32,000 bases of DNA from Caldimicrobium thiodismutans (lineage in GTDB: Bacteria; Desulfobacterota; Thermodesulfobacteria; Thermodesulfobacteriales; Thermodesulfobacteriaceae). The stretch lies in assembly GCF_001548275.1 (NCBI RefSeq), contig NZ_AP014945.1, positions 150,001 to 182,000 of the forward strand, read 5' to 3'. The notes under the pieces were generated by a model. It was given only the letters and a program-made list of their open reading frames with translations. It was not told the DNA's origin and did no database searches. Below, piece by piece: positions 1-8,102 of the stretch. Every line of letters begins with the position of its first letter. Within the stretch, counting starts at the first letter, position 1. The position numbers were made by a program, and so were the translations under genes.

Positions 1-1
1 T

Positions 2-1303
2 GTAGCTGCTGGAATTAATCCCATGGCTATTAAAAGAGGTATTGATAAGGCGGTAGAGGAAGTGGTTAAGGAACTTGAAAAACTTTCCCAGCCTTGCAGA
101 ACCCGTCAGGAAATTGCACAAGTTGCAACCATTTCAGCTAATAATGATGATACCATTGGAAATCTCATTGCTGATGCCATGGATAAGGTTGGAAAAGAAG
201 GGGTTATCACTGTAGAAGAATCCAAAGGTCTTGAGACCTATTTAGATGTGGTTGAGGGAATGCAGTTTGATAGAGGTTATATTTCTCCTTATTTTGTAAC
301 TGATGCAGATAAAATGGAGTGCGTCCTTGAGGATCCTTATATCCTTGTCTATGATAAAAAGATTAGTTCTATGAAGGATTTACTTCCAGTGCTTGAGCAG
401 GTAGCTCGTTCAGGAAAACCTATTCTCATTATTGCTGAAGATGTGGAAGGTGAGGCCCTGGCAACCCTGGTTGTTAACCGTTTGAGAGGAGTGCTCCAGT
501 GCTGTGCAGTTAAGGCTCCTGGGTTTGGTGAGAGAAGAAAGGCTATGTTACAGGACATTGCCATTCTTACTGGCGGAACTTTCATATCTGAAGAGCTTGG
601 AATGAAGCTTGAAAATGCCCAGCTTAAAGACCTTGGAAGGGCAAGAAGAGTTGTTATAGCCAAGGAGACCACCACAATTATTGATGGCGCTGGAAAGAAA
701 GAAGACATTGAGGCCAGAATTAAACAGATCCGTGCCCAGATTGAGGAGACCACCTCTGATTACGATCGTGAGAAACTTCAGGAAAGATTGGCTAAGCTTG
801 TGGGAGGAGTTGCAGTAATTTATGTTGGAGCTGCTACTGAGACTGAAATGAAAGAGAAGAAGGCCCGTGTGGAGGATGCCCTCAATGCTACCAAGGCAGC
901 TGTTGAAGAGGGTATTGTTCCCGGTGGTGGAACCGCTTATATCAGATGCCTACCTGTTCTTGACAATTTAAAGGTTGATGGGGAGGAGCAGCATGGTATT
1001 GAAATAATCAAAAAGGCCCTCGAGGCACCTTTGCGCCAGATTGCTGGTAATGCTGGATATGAGGGCTCTATTATTGTAGAAAAAGTTAAGGCTGAAAAAG
1101 GTCCCGTTGGTTTTGACGCGGCTAATGGTGAGATCAAAGATCTTGTAGCCGCTGGAATTATAGATCCCAAGAAGGTATCTCGCTGCGCCCTTCAGAATGC
1201 TGCTTCTATCTCAGGACTTCTTCTTACTACCGAGTGCATGGTAGCTGAAAAACCCAAGAAGGAAGAAAAAATGCCTCCTATGCCAGGAGGTGGCGAATTT
1301 TAA
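2..1303 (+). CDS. groEL: Chaperonin GroEL (Cpn60), 5'-truncated by the window edge
   Basis: The frame is open from nt 2 ([18 protein letters not shown]...). Typical GroEL blocks are present ([43 protein letters not shown]), with a Met/Pro/Gly C-terminal tail. The 426-aa track ORF is the internal-Met version. Confidence 0.97.
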   Translation, partial: VAAGINPMAIKRGIDKAVEEVVKELEKLSQPCRTRQEIAQVATISANNDDTIGNLIADAMDKVGKEGVITVEESKGLETYLDVVEGMQFDRGYISPYFVTDADKMECVLEDPYILVYDKKISSMKDLLPVLEQVARSGKPILIIAEDVEGEALATLVVNRLRGVLQCCAVKAPGFGERRKAMLQDIAILTGGTFISEELGMKLENAQLKDLGRARRVVIAKETTTIIDGAGKKEDIEARIKQIRAQIEETTSDYDREKLQERLAKLVGGVAVIYVGAATETEMKEKKARVEDALNATKAAVEEGIVPGGGTAYIRCLPVLDNLKVDGEEQHGIEIIKKALEAPLRQIAGNAGYEGSIIVEKVKAEKGPVGFDAANGEIKDLVAAGIIDPKKVSRCALQNAASISGLLLTTECMVAEKPKKEEKMPPMPGGGEF

Positions 1304-1324
1304 GGAGGTAACCCCTCTTAACTT

Positions 1325-1356
1325 AAGGGGGCTCTTAAGCCCCCTTTTTTATTTTT
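1325..1356 (+). terminator. Rho-independent terminator after groEL
   Basis: AAGGGGGC (1325-1332) pairs with GCCCCCTT (1339-1346) around loop tcttaa. It is followed by TTTTTTATTTTT. The T-tract overlaps the 3' end of the convergent rubredoxin gene. Confidence 0.6.
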
Positions 1357-1555
1357 CCTGTTCCCCTTCAACTTCACTCATGGGTTTAAAAGCCTTTTTG
1401 GAAGCTCCACAGACAGGACATCTCCATTCCTCAGGTAAATCCTCAAAGCGAGTTCCAGCAGGTATCTTCCCTTTACGATCACCCTTGGCTGGATTATAAA
1501 TGTATCCGCAATTAGTAGTTGAGCAGATCCAGGATCCCTCAAATTGATTTGCCAT
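1349..1555 (-). CDS. Rubredoxin with atypical CX4C first metal-binding knuckle
   Basis: 68 aa. [14 protein letters not shown]...[17 protein letters not shown] matches the rubredoxin fold signature. A strong SD (AAGGAGGT) precedes the ATG. Confidence 0.9.
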   Translation of the reverse strand: MANQFEGSWICSTTNCGYIYNPAKGDRKGKIPAGTRFEDLPEEWRCPVCGASKKAFKPMSEVEGEQEK

Positions 1556-1664
1556 AATTACCTCCTTTTTTAAATTTTTTCTTTTTTTAAAAGTAATTCA
1601 AAAACATAACCTTATAATGTTTTGTGAAAATTTTCTTTTTTAAAGTTTTTTTGTATAAGTTTTC

Positions 1665-1715
1665 CATAAGTTCACATCCTTACAAGAAAAATGAAGGGTG
1701 GAAAAAGGTGAGAGG
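1665..1715. repeat. Copy A of a three-copy purine-rich intergenic element
   Basis: CATAAGTTCACATCCTTACAAGAAAAATGAAGGGTGGAAAAAGGTGAGAGG aligns with 22022-22078 and 29133-29200 in the same orientation. Confidence 0.6.
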
Positions 1716-1735
1716 ATATGGACGCATACAATTTT

Positions 1736-1763
1736 TTGCTTTTCTTTAAAGCAGAGGTATAAT
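1736..1763 (+). promoter_or_regulatory. Sigma70-like promoter candidate upstream of mnmA
   Basis: TTGCTT (1736-1741), 16-nt spacer, TATAAT (1758-1763). It implies a leader of about 120 nt before the mnmA ATG at 1890. Confidence 0.4.
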
Positions 1764-1889
1764 AAAAATAAGGCTCTAATTTATTTTTTGAGTTTGAGTT
1801 TTTATTATAATTGTGAAAAATTTGTCTTATTAAGATGTTTTTAATTTTGCATAAGTAAACGGGCAAAACTGCGCAGTTTTTGAGTAAAA

Positions 1890-2915
1890 ATGAAGGTTGC
1901 AGTGGCTATGAGTGGGGGGGTAGATAGTTCGGTATCTGCCCTTCTTTTGAAGAAAAGGGGATTTGAGGTTATAGGAATTAGTTTTCTTCTCTTTGATAAT
2001 CAAGAAAAGTCCCTTGAAGAGGCAATGAAAGTAGCAGAAGCTCTTGAGATTCCTCATTATTTCTTTGATTTGAGGGAGGTTTTCAAAAGGGAAATTATTG
2101 AGTCCTTTATAAATGAGTATTCCCTCGGGAGAACTCCTAACCCCTGTGCCCTATGTAATAGAAAGATAAAATTTGGATTGGTTTTAGAACTTGTTAAAAG
2201 GGATTTAGGAGTTGATTTTTATGCTACAGGTCATTATGTTGAAAAGGGGTTTTACAAAAGTTATCCCCTTTTAAAAATTTCACGGAATCGTAAAAAAGAC
2301 CAGTCCTATTTCCTTTCTCTTATTCCAGGGGAGCGAATTCCTGAGCTTCTTTTTCCTGTGGGGGAGTTTGAAAGTAAGGATGAGGTCCGCAACCTTGCTG
2401 AAAGGGAAGGACTTAAATTCTGGAAAAAAGAAGAGTCTCAGGAGGTCTGTTTTTTTATGGGAAAAAGTCTTGTGGAGTATTTGGAAGAACATCTTGGTGA
2501 AAGGGAAGGGGAGATAATTTATCAAGGAAGAGTGGTTGGTAAACATAAGGGGATTCATTTTTATACCATTGGTCAGAGAAGGGGTTTTAATCTTCCTTTC
2601 GGGAAGCCTCTATATGTGGTAAAAATTGAGGCTAAAACCAATAGGATCCATCTTGGAGAGGAAAGGGAACTTGAAAGGGAGGAGTTTTATCTTGAGGATA
2701 TAAATTTTCAGCTTCCGCTGGAATACTGGGAAAGCCCAAGAGCTCAAATTAGATATCGCACGGAGAAAGTGCCTGTTAAGGAAATAAAGAGAGAGGGCGA
2801 GTTCTGGAAAATAATTCTTAAAAAACCAGTAAAAAGGGTAACTCCAGGGCAGGTTTGCGCCTTTTATGAGGGAGAGTTTTTGCTTGGGGGAGGGGTTATT
2901 GCAAAAACTGATTAA
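1890..2915 (+). CDS. mnmA: tRNA 2-thiouridine(34) synthase MnmA
   Basis: 341 aa. N-terminal PP-loop VAVAMSGGVDSSVSA. NPCALCNRKIKFG and DQSYFL motifs are typical of MnmA/TrmU. Confidence 0.93.
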   Translation: MKVAVAMSGGVDSSVSALLLKKRGFEVIGISFLLFDNQEKSLEEAMKVAEALEIPHYFFDLREVFKREIIESFINEYSLGRTPNPCALCNRKIKFGLVLELVKRDLGVDFYATGHYVEKGFYKSYPLLKISRNRKKDQSYFLSLIPGERIPELLFPVGEFESKDEVRNLAEREGLKFWKKEESQEVCFFMGKSLVEYLEEHLGEREGEIIYQGRVVGKHKGIHFYTIGQRRGFNLPFGKPLYVVKIEAKTNRIHLGEERELEREEFYLEDINFQLPLEYWESPRAQIRYRTEKVPVKEIKREGEFWKIILKKPVKRVTPGQVCAFYEGEFLLGGGVIAKTD

Positions 2916-3853
2916 ATATATTTGGCAAGGCTCATATCCGAGAAAAGGGCTACTGCCCTTAAGGCTGCATCATAGGCTATACTCAGGCTTTGTAAGCGTG
3001 AGGCAAGTTTAGCAAGATCAGCACTTTCAACCTCTCCAAGATTGCTCTCAAGGGTCTGTTTGAAATCCATATAGAGATTCTTTTTGGTCTCAAAATGAGC
3101 CATTTGAGCCCCAATCTTTCCTCTTTTTTCAGCAAAGTGATTATAAATCCTATCAAGTTTTCCTATTGCCTCTTGGATATTATACTGTTCCTTCTTGTAA
3201 TCAATTTGATTATCTGCAAGAAGGGTTCTTTTTAAAGATAAAAGGGTTTCAAATACCCCTGAGTCCATAAAGATTTTTTGTCCATTTTCTCCAAGGGTCA
3301 TTTTCATATCCTTATCATAGCCCATTTCAAAATCCTCAGTTGAGCCCTGATAGATAACTCTTTCAATGATCTGTCCATCTGGCAGGGTTTCTTTAACCAG
3401 TTTAAAGGGTGCTTCTCCTGGGGGAAAGCCTGTAGTTTTTTGCCCTGCAAAGAGATATTTTTCGCCAATTTGGGAATTAGCAAGGGCAAGAAGACTATGC
3501 ACAATTTTATCTATTTCTTCAGCTGTGGCTTTCCTTGCGTTGAGATCCTGAGTGGCATTTACTCCCTGAAGGGCAAGAACCTTAGCTCTGGCAACAAGGT
3601 CTTCCACACTGGAAAGGGTTGCCTCCTGAGCCTTAAGAAAGGCATAGCCCTCCTCAATGGCTCTCATATAACGCTCAATGCGGGAGATTCCCTGTTTATA
3701 GTTAAGAGAAATAACTGAGGCTGGAGGATCATCTGAAGGTCTCAGGAAATTCTTACCTGAGGAGATTTTTAGCTGATTGAGGGTAATCTCAGAGGAAAGC
3801 CTTTCAAGGTCAGAAAGAACCGCTCCAAATTTGGTATTCATACCAATTCTCAT
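2912..3853 (-). CDS. flgL: Flagellar hook-associated protein 3 (hook-filament junction) FlgL
   Basis: 313 aa. N-terminus ...LNQLKISSGKNFLRPSDDPPAS is flagellin/FlgL-like. It lies immediately downstream of flgK. SD GGGGGGTGA precedes the ATG. Confidence 0.85.
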   Translation of the reverse strand: MRIGMNTKFGAVLSDLERLSSEITLNQLKISSGKNFLRPSDDPPASVISLNYKQGISRIERYMRAIEEGYAFLKAQEATLSSVEDLVARAKVLALQGVNATQDLNARKATAEEIDKIVHSLLALANSQIGEKYLFAGQKTTGFPPGEAPFKLVKETLPDGQIIERVIYQGSTEDFEMGYDKDMKMTLGENGQKIFMDSGVFETLLSLKRTLLADNQIDYKKEQYNIQEAIGKLDRIYNHFAEKRGKIGAQMAHFETKKNLYMDFKQTLESNLGEVESADLAKLASRLQSLSIAYDAALRAVALFSDMSLAKYI

Positions 3854-3875
3854 GGTATCAAATCACCCCCCTTCT

Positions 3876-6800
3876 TTAGCGTTTGGCACTAATTAGAGCA
3901 TCAAACATGTCTTCCACAGTGGAAAGAATTTTGGCAGTTGCGGTAAAGGCCTGCTGATATTTGATAAGATTTGCCATCTCCTCATCAAGAGAAACCCCGG
4001 AAATAGAATCCTTTAAAGTATTAAGCTGTCTTAAGAGGTCATCAAGAAAGCTTTTGTTTTCTTTTACAGCCTTGGTAGTTGTGCCAATTTCACCTACCAT
4101 GCTGGCATAGTAATTTTCAAGGTTTGAAAGATTTAGTGCCTTGCGGGTATCTGTGGCTGAGTCTGCAATAGCCTGAGCAATACGATTATCACCTCTTTTG
4201 AGCTCATAGGGGTTAAGATTGTGAATAAGGCCCTCACCCCTTGTGTCCTTCTGTGAAACCTTGGAAAGTATAAAAGTAGTAAAATCATTACCATCAGTTG
4301 GTGGTGTAGTGGTCTCAATTTTAAAGCCTAAAACTTTTTTAGGTGGAGTTCCGTAAGTAAAATTCTTGAGCTTGATATAGATTTTGCCAGAGGTATCAAG
4401 CCCAGCCTCAAAATAATTTGTTCCACCTATAAGTATGTTATTTATAGCACTAAAGATCACATTCAATGCGGAACCTATTTCTACATCTGCATATGCTCCT
4501 GAGATAGGGTTTCCTTTGTCATCAATCAGTGTAATTCTTATGGTTTGAGTTGAAAAGGAGGCTGAAGCCAGGGCTCTAAAATCGCTCAAATAATAATAGG
4601 AATTAGTCACCGGGTCATATTTGAGATTATTGAGGGTCAGGGTGTTTCCAGCAATAAGGGGTTTTGTGTCTTCAAGGATAAAGCTTTTGGTTTTATAAAG
4701 TCCTGTGGTTTCCACAATGAGTTTTCCTTCCCGATCAAGACGAGAAGATAATGCCCACTTGGCATTTTCCGGGGCATTTATAGTCTGAAGGATCTGAAAG
4801 AGGGGTTTTTCTGTGGTTAGCTCAATTCTAAAGGGATCAACCACATTAAAGGGGTCTTCCACAGTATCAATAGGATTTCCCTTTTCATCAAAAAGATAAG
4901 AAGAGATCTCACCAGCCTTAAGGCCAGAAACCCCTGAAGAGGTTCTTATAAGTCCTAAGGCTCCCTCATAAGGGCTATTTGAATCATCAGCTATCTCAAT
5001 GGTAAAATAGGCTGCATTGGTAGGTGCTCCACTCTCAGAGGGATCAAGCCAGATGTAAAATTTATCCCCAAGGATTCGGGCTTTAAACCCTGGGACTCCA
5101 TCAAAATTGGTTATTAAATCAGAAAGGGTGTCTTCTCCTGAGACTGAAGCTGTTCCAACTATGTCACCATTATTATCAAAAAATTTAACTGTATAAGAAG
5201 CTGATGAGGAGGGGGTAATACCTGCATTTCCCATATAAACTTTTGGCTTAATAATGGGCTCAAGGCCTGAAAGAAAGCGAAATTCAGAGGTGCCATTCCA
5301 TCTAAAGGAGGGAATAAACATATTCTGGTCCCTTAGGTAGCTCAAAAGGCTATCATTTGGAGAAGAGGGGTCAGCTCCAGATACAAGGCTTTCTCCCAGT
5401 TCAAAGCCATAGACCTTGGTCTGATTAGGTTCAAGCCTAAAAACTCCATGCCCGAATTCATCTCTATAAGCCCTTAAAAAGGGAAGCCTGTTTAGTTTAT
5501 TTAGAATTTCCTGAAGGGTATCTGGATCCGTTGATCCTGTGGGATTTATGCTAACTGCAAAGGCTTTGATATTATTGTCCCACTTGATCAAAGGATTTAT
5601 GCCTGAAGACCCTTCTGAAACTTCAAACCAGACTGATCCTGAAGGTGCATTATTTGGAACAAGTTCAAGTCTTAAGATGCCATCCTCAAGAACTGCTCTA
5701 ATACCATTTGAACCATTGAAAAGGGTTGGAAGATCTGAAATCCCTGTTCCTGAGGGGATAATTAAAGGTGATCCAAGGGTATTTCCATTGGCATCTTTAA
5801 AGTAGATAGTAAGATCCCCTGTAAGAGTTGTCCCGCTAAAGGTTCCTTCATAAACTGCCTGAGGCGGATAATTATAAACCCTTCCCTTATCATCATAAGG
5901 GCGCACATAAAGGGTATTAACCTGAAAAGTCTGAGTTGGGTCAATAACATTTTTACTTCTGAAGACTCCGAAAAGGGGGAGCCCTGTTCTTAAAGCGGAG
6001 ACATCCATTTTTCCTGAGGATAAAAGTTCTGGCTTTTGCACAAGAAGGGGATTTACCTGAAAGTCTGCAGGGTCTGTTCCCACAAAAAAGAGATTAATTC
6101 CTGTAGAGAGAAGGATTCCTGAGGTGTCATTGGAAAAGGCAAAGGAGATACCATCCCTTGCTTGAAAGACAAGTTTTCCCCCTCTAACTATAGCGCGAAT
6201 GTCAAAATTGGTAGAAGAGGTAGCATAACCAGCATTTGATAAGGCCTGATTTATTGTAGTTGCAAGGTCATCAAGGGTTGAATCTTCATGGAGATTTAAA
6301 TCTACTCTCACAGGATTGATTTTACCAGTATCCTCTTTCACCCAGAGGTAAAAGGAACCTTTTCTATTTAGCTCAAGATAATAGGGAAGTTCTTTGATAT
6401 ATTGATTTACTGAGTAAGCGCCTTCAAGTTCTTTGGTAAAAAATTCAAGCCCAACTCCCTGGGTATGAAGTTCATTTACTGCCTTAATAAGTTCCTCACC
6501 GAAAAGTTTTAATTTTCCTGCAAGATTTAATTCTTCAACCCTTCTTTGATAGGCAGGATCATCAAAGCGGCCAAAATTAAGGGTTGCTGGAGCTGAAGTT
6601 ATGGAAAATTCAAGTTTTCCTGGACCACGAAAGGCATCTTCCACATAAAGCCTTCCATCCTTTAAATAGGCCTTTACAGTAAAACTATAGGCTCTTTCTA
6701 TGGCCGTTAGAAAATCTCTTAAAGTTTCATCTCCAGTAGTTATGGTAAAGGTTCCTGAGATTTCTTTTCCAAAGTGATCCTTTCCAGTAAAGGTTATAGT

Positions 6801-7763
6801 TCCAGAGGTTATGCCGAGGTCTGAGAATTTATCTGTCTCCCCGAGGGATCTTCCTGCTAAATATATGGGATTTGTGCCTGAGACATATTCATAGTTAAAG
6901 CTATCGGATAGCTGTTCAAGAAGTTTCAGCCAGCCCCCGAGTTCTCCACTTGGCACCTCTTTTCCTGAAAGAGGCACCTTTTCACCATTAGATCCCACCC
7001 AGTAAACCTCTGTTCCAGAGATCTCAAGTTTCCAGTTATAACCAAGATTTACTAAATTAAACCCCTTTCCAAGGATTATGTTATAAGCCCCTTCTTTGGT
7101 TTCAAAATACTGGATACTTGCAAGTTGAGAAAGTTCTCCTACCAGGCGGTCTCTTTGATCTCTCAGGTCATTAGCCGTTTTCCCCCCTGATTCTCTGGCA
7201 ATAATCTGAAGGTTGAGTTCAGCAATCTGTGAGGAGAGGCGATTGATGTTATCAACCATCTCCTTAAGTTTTAAACCAATCTGGGTTTCAAGATCTCTCA
7301 TTCCCTGAAATTTGGCTTTTAAGCCTTCAGTTATGAGTTTTCCATATTCAATCACCTGGGTTCTTGCAGAGAGATTTTCAGGATAATTGGCAAGGTTTTG
7401 CCAGGCATTCCAGAATTCCCTCAAGATTTTGGAAAGCCCGCTATCCTGAGTCTCATTAAAAAGGCTTTCAAGAATATTGAGTCCTGCCTCACTTGCAGAG
7501 ACAAGTCCATAATCTGTTTTTTTTAGATTTATATTTCTTTCAAGGAAGGCATCAAAATAGCGGATAATTTTTTCTATTCTTGAACCTGAACCAATTGAGC
7601 CAACAGGAGAGGGGCTTGGGGGATAGGTGGTTTCAATGGCCTTTTGTCTGGAATAGGCGGGATTATTCACATTGGCAACATTATGAGATATTACAGAGGT
7701 TGCCAGTTGAAAGTTAAGAAGGGCATTTTTGGCAATGTTTAAGGCTGAGCTCAGGCCTGCCAT
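3876..7763 (-). CDS. flgK: Flagellar hook-associated protein 1 FlgK, unusually large (1295 aa)
   Basis: The N-terminus (ISHNVANVNNPAYSRQ) and C-terminus (SLDEEMANLIKYQQAFTATAKILSTVEDMFDALI) are canonical FlgK rod/hook-family terminal helices. The central roughly 830 aa is an expanded repetitive insert. Confidence 0.9.
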   Translation of the reverse strand: MAGLSSALNIAKNALLNFQLATSVISHNVANVNNPAYSRQKAIETTYPPSPSPVGSIGSGSRIEKIIRYFDAFLERNINLKKTDYGLVSASEAGLNILESLFNETQDSGLSKILREFWNAWQNLANYPENLSARTQVIEYGKLITEGLKAKFQGMRDLETQIGLKLKEMVDNINRLSSQIAELNLQIIARESGGKTANDLRDQRDRLVGELSQLASIQYFETKEGAYNIILGKGFNLVNLGYNWKLEISGTEVYWVGSNGEKVPLSGKEVPSGELGGWLKLLEQLSDSFNYEYVSGTNPIYLAGRSLGETDKFSDLGITSGTITFTGKDHFGKEISGTFTITTGDETLRDFLTAIERAYSFTVKAYLKDGRLYVEDAFRGPGKLEFSITSAPATLNFGRFDDPAYQRRVEELNLAGKLKLFGEELIKAVNELHTQGVGLEFFTKELEGAYSVNQYIKELPYYLELNRKGSFYLWVKEDTGKINPVRVDLNLHEDSTLDDLATTINQALSNAGYATSSTNFDIRAIVRGGKLVFQARDGISFAFSNDTSGILLSTGINLFFVGTDPADFQVNPLLVQKPELLSSGKMDVSALRTGLPLFGVFRSKNVIDPTQTFQVNTLYVRPYDDKGRVYNYPPQAVYEGTFSGTTLTGDLTIYFKDANGNTLGSPLIIPSGTGISDLPTLFNGSNGIRAVLEDGILRLELVPNNAPSGSVWFEVSEGSSGINPLIKWDNNIKAFAVSINPTGSTDPDTLQEILNKLNRLPFLRAYRDEFGHGVFRLEPNQTKVYGFELGESLVSGADPSSPNDSLLSYLRDQNMFIPSFRWNGTSEFRFLSGLEPIIKPKVYMGNAGITPSSSASYTVKFFDNNGDIVGTASVSGEDTLSDLITNFDGVPGFKARILGDKFYIWLDPSESGAPTNAAYFTIEIADDSNSPYEGALGLIRTSSGVSGLKAGEISSYLFDEKGNPIDTVEDPFNVVDPFRIELTTEKPLFQILQTINAPENAKWALSSRLDREGKLIVETTGLYKTKSFILEDTKPLIAGNTLTLNNLKYDPVTNSYYYLSDFRALASASFSTQTIRITLIDDKGNPISGAYADVEIGSALNVIFSAINNILIGGTNYFEAGLDTSGKIYIKLKNFTYGTPPKKVLGFKIETTTPPTDGNDFTTFILSKVSQKDTRGEGLIHNLNPYELKRGDNRIAQAIADSATDTRKALNLSNLENYYASMVGEIGTTTKAVKENKSFLDDLLRQLNTLKDSISGVSLDEEMANLIKYQQAFTATAKILSTVEDMFDALISAKR

Positions 7764-7769
7764 ATCTTC

Positions 7770-8099
7770 TTAAGCCCTCTTAGAAATGAGAGAGGGGTTT
7801 TTGGGATTTTTTTTCTGACCATAAATCTGGGTATCCATAAGTAAAGTTGTTAATAGTCTGTAAGCTTCATGGACGAAATTTAAACCTGTTTCTATCAATC
7901 TGCGATTTTTTTCATTTTTTTCATAAATTTCTTTAACTAATTCAACTTCTTCAGGGGTAAGTTTCTTATCCTTCAAAAGCTGAAGAAGACGAATTTTATG
8001 CGTTGACCATTTAAGAATATCGTCTACAGTTCCTTTAATCAGTGCATTTTTTTCCTCCTCAAGGACTTTATTTAGTTCAATTAATTCTTTTGCTAACAT
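7770..8099 (-). CDS. flgN: Probable FlgN-like export chaperone for FlgK/FlgL
   Basis: 109 aa, predicted helical and charged. Its position directly upstream of flgK is as in many flagellar loci. Sequence similarity was judged by eye only. Confidence 0.55.
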   Translation of the reverse strand: MLAKELIELNKVLEEEKNALIKGTVDDILKWSTHKIRLLQLLKDKKLTPEEVELVKEIYEKNEKNRRLIETGLNFVHEAYRLLTTLLMDTQIYGQKKNPKNPSLISKRA

Positions 8100-8102
8100 A
8101 AT

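Noticed and set aside
349-1170. Minus-strand ORFs 349-753 (134 aa) and 937-1170 (77 aa) inside groEL
   Set aside because: They are antisense shadow ORFs within a strongly supported GroEL frame. Their composition is Ser/Pro/Ala-rich and low in complexity, and they have no SD.
1290-1499. Plus-strand 69-aa ORF overlapping the rubredoxin gene
   Set aside because: It is antisense to a clear rubredoxin CDS and runs through the groEL terminator. It has no SD and no recognisable motif.
1672-2057. Minus-strand ORFs 1672-1866 (64 aa) and 1830-2057 (75 aa) in and around the rubredoxin-mnmA intergenic region
   Set aside because: They are AT-rich, low-complexity Lys/Asn/Phe translations without an SD. 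One overlaps the mnmA 5' end. The C-terminus of the first is generated by the purine-rich repeat element, as at the other two copies.
3304-7763. Assorted 60-92 aa ORFs on both strands within flgL and flgK (for example 3440-3718+, 4133-4318-, 5539-5805+, 5762-5950-)
   Set aside because: All are nested in or antisense to long, well-supported flagellar CDSs. None has independent signals.
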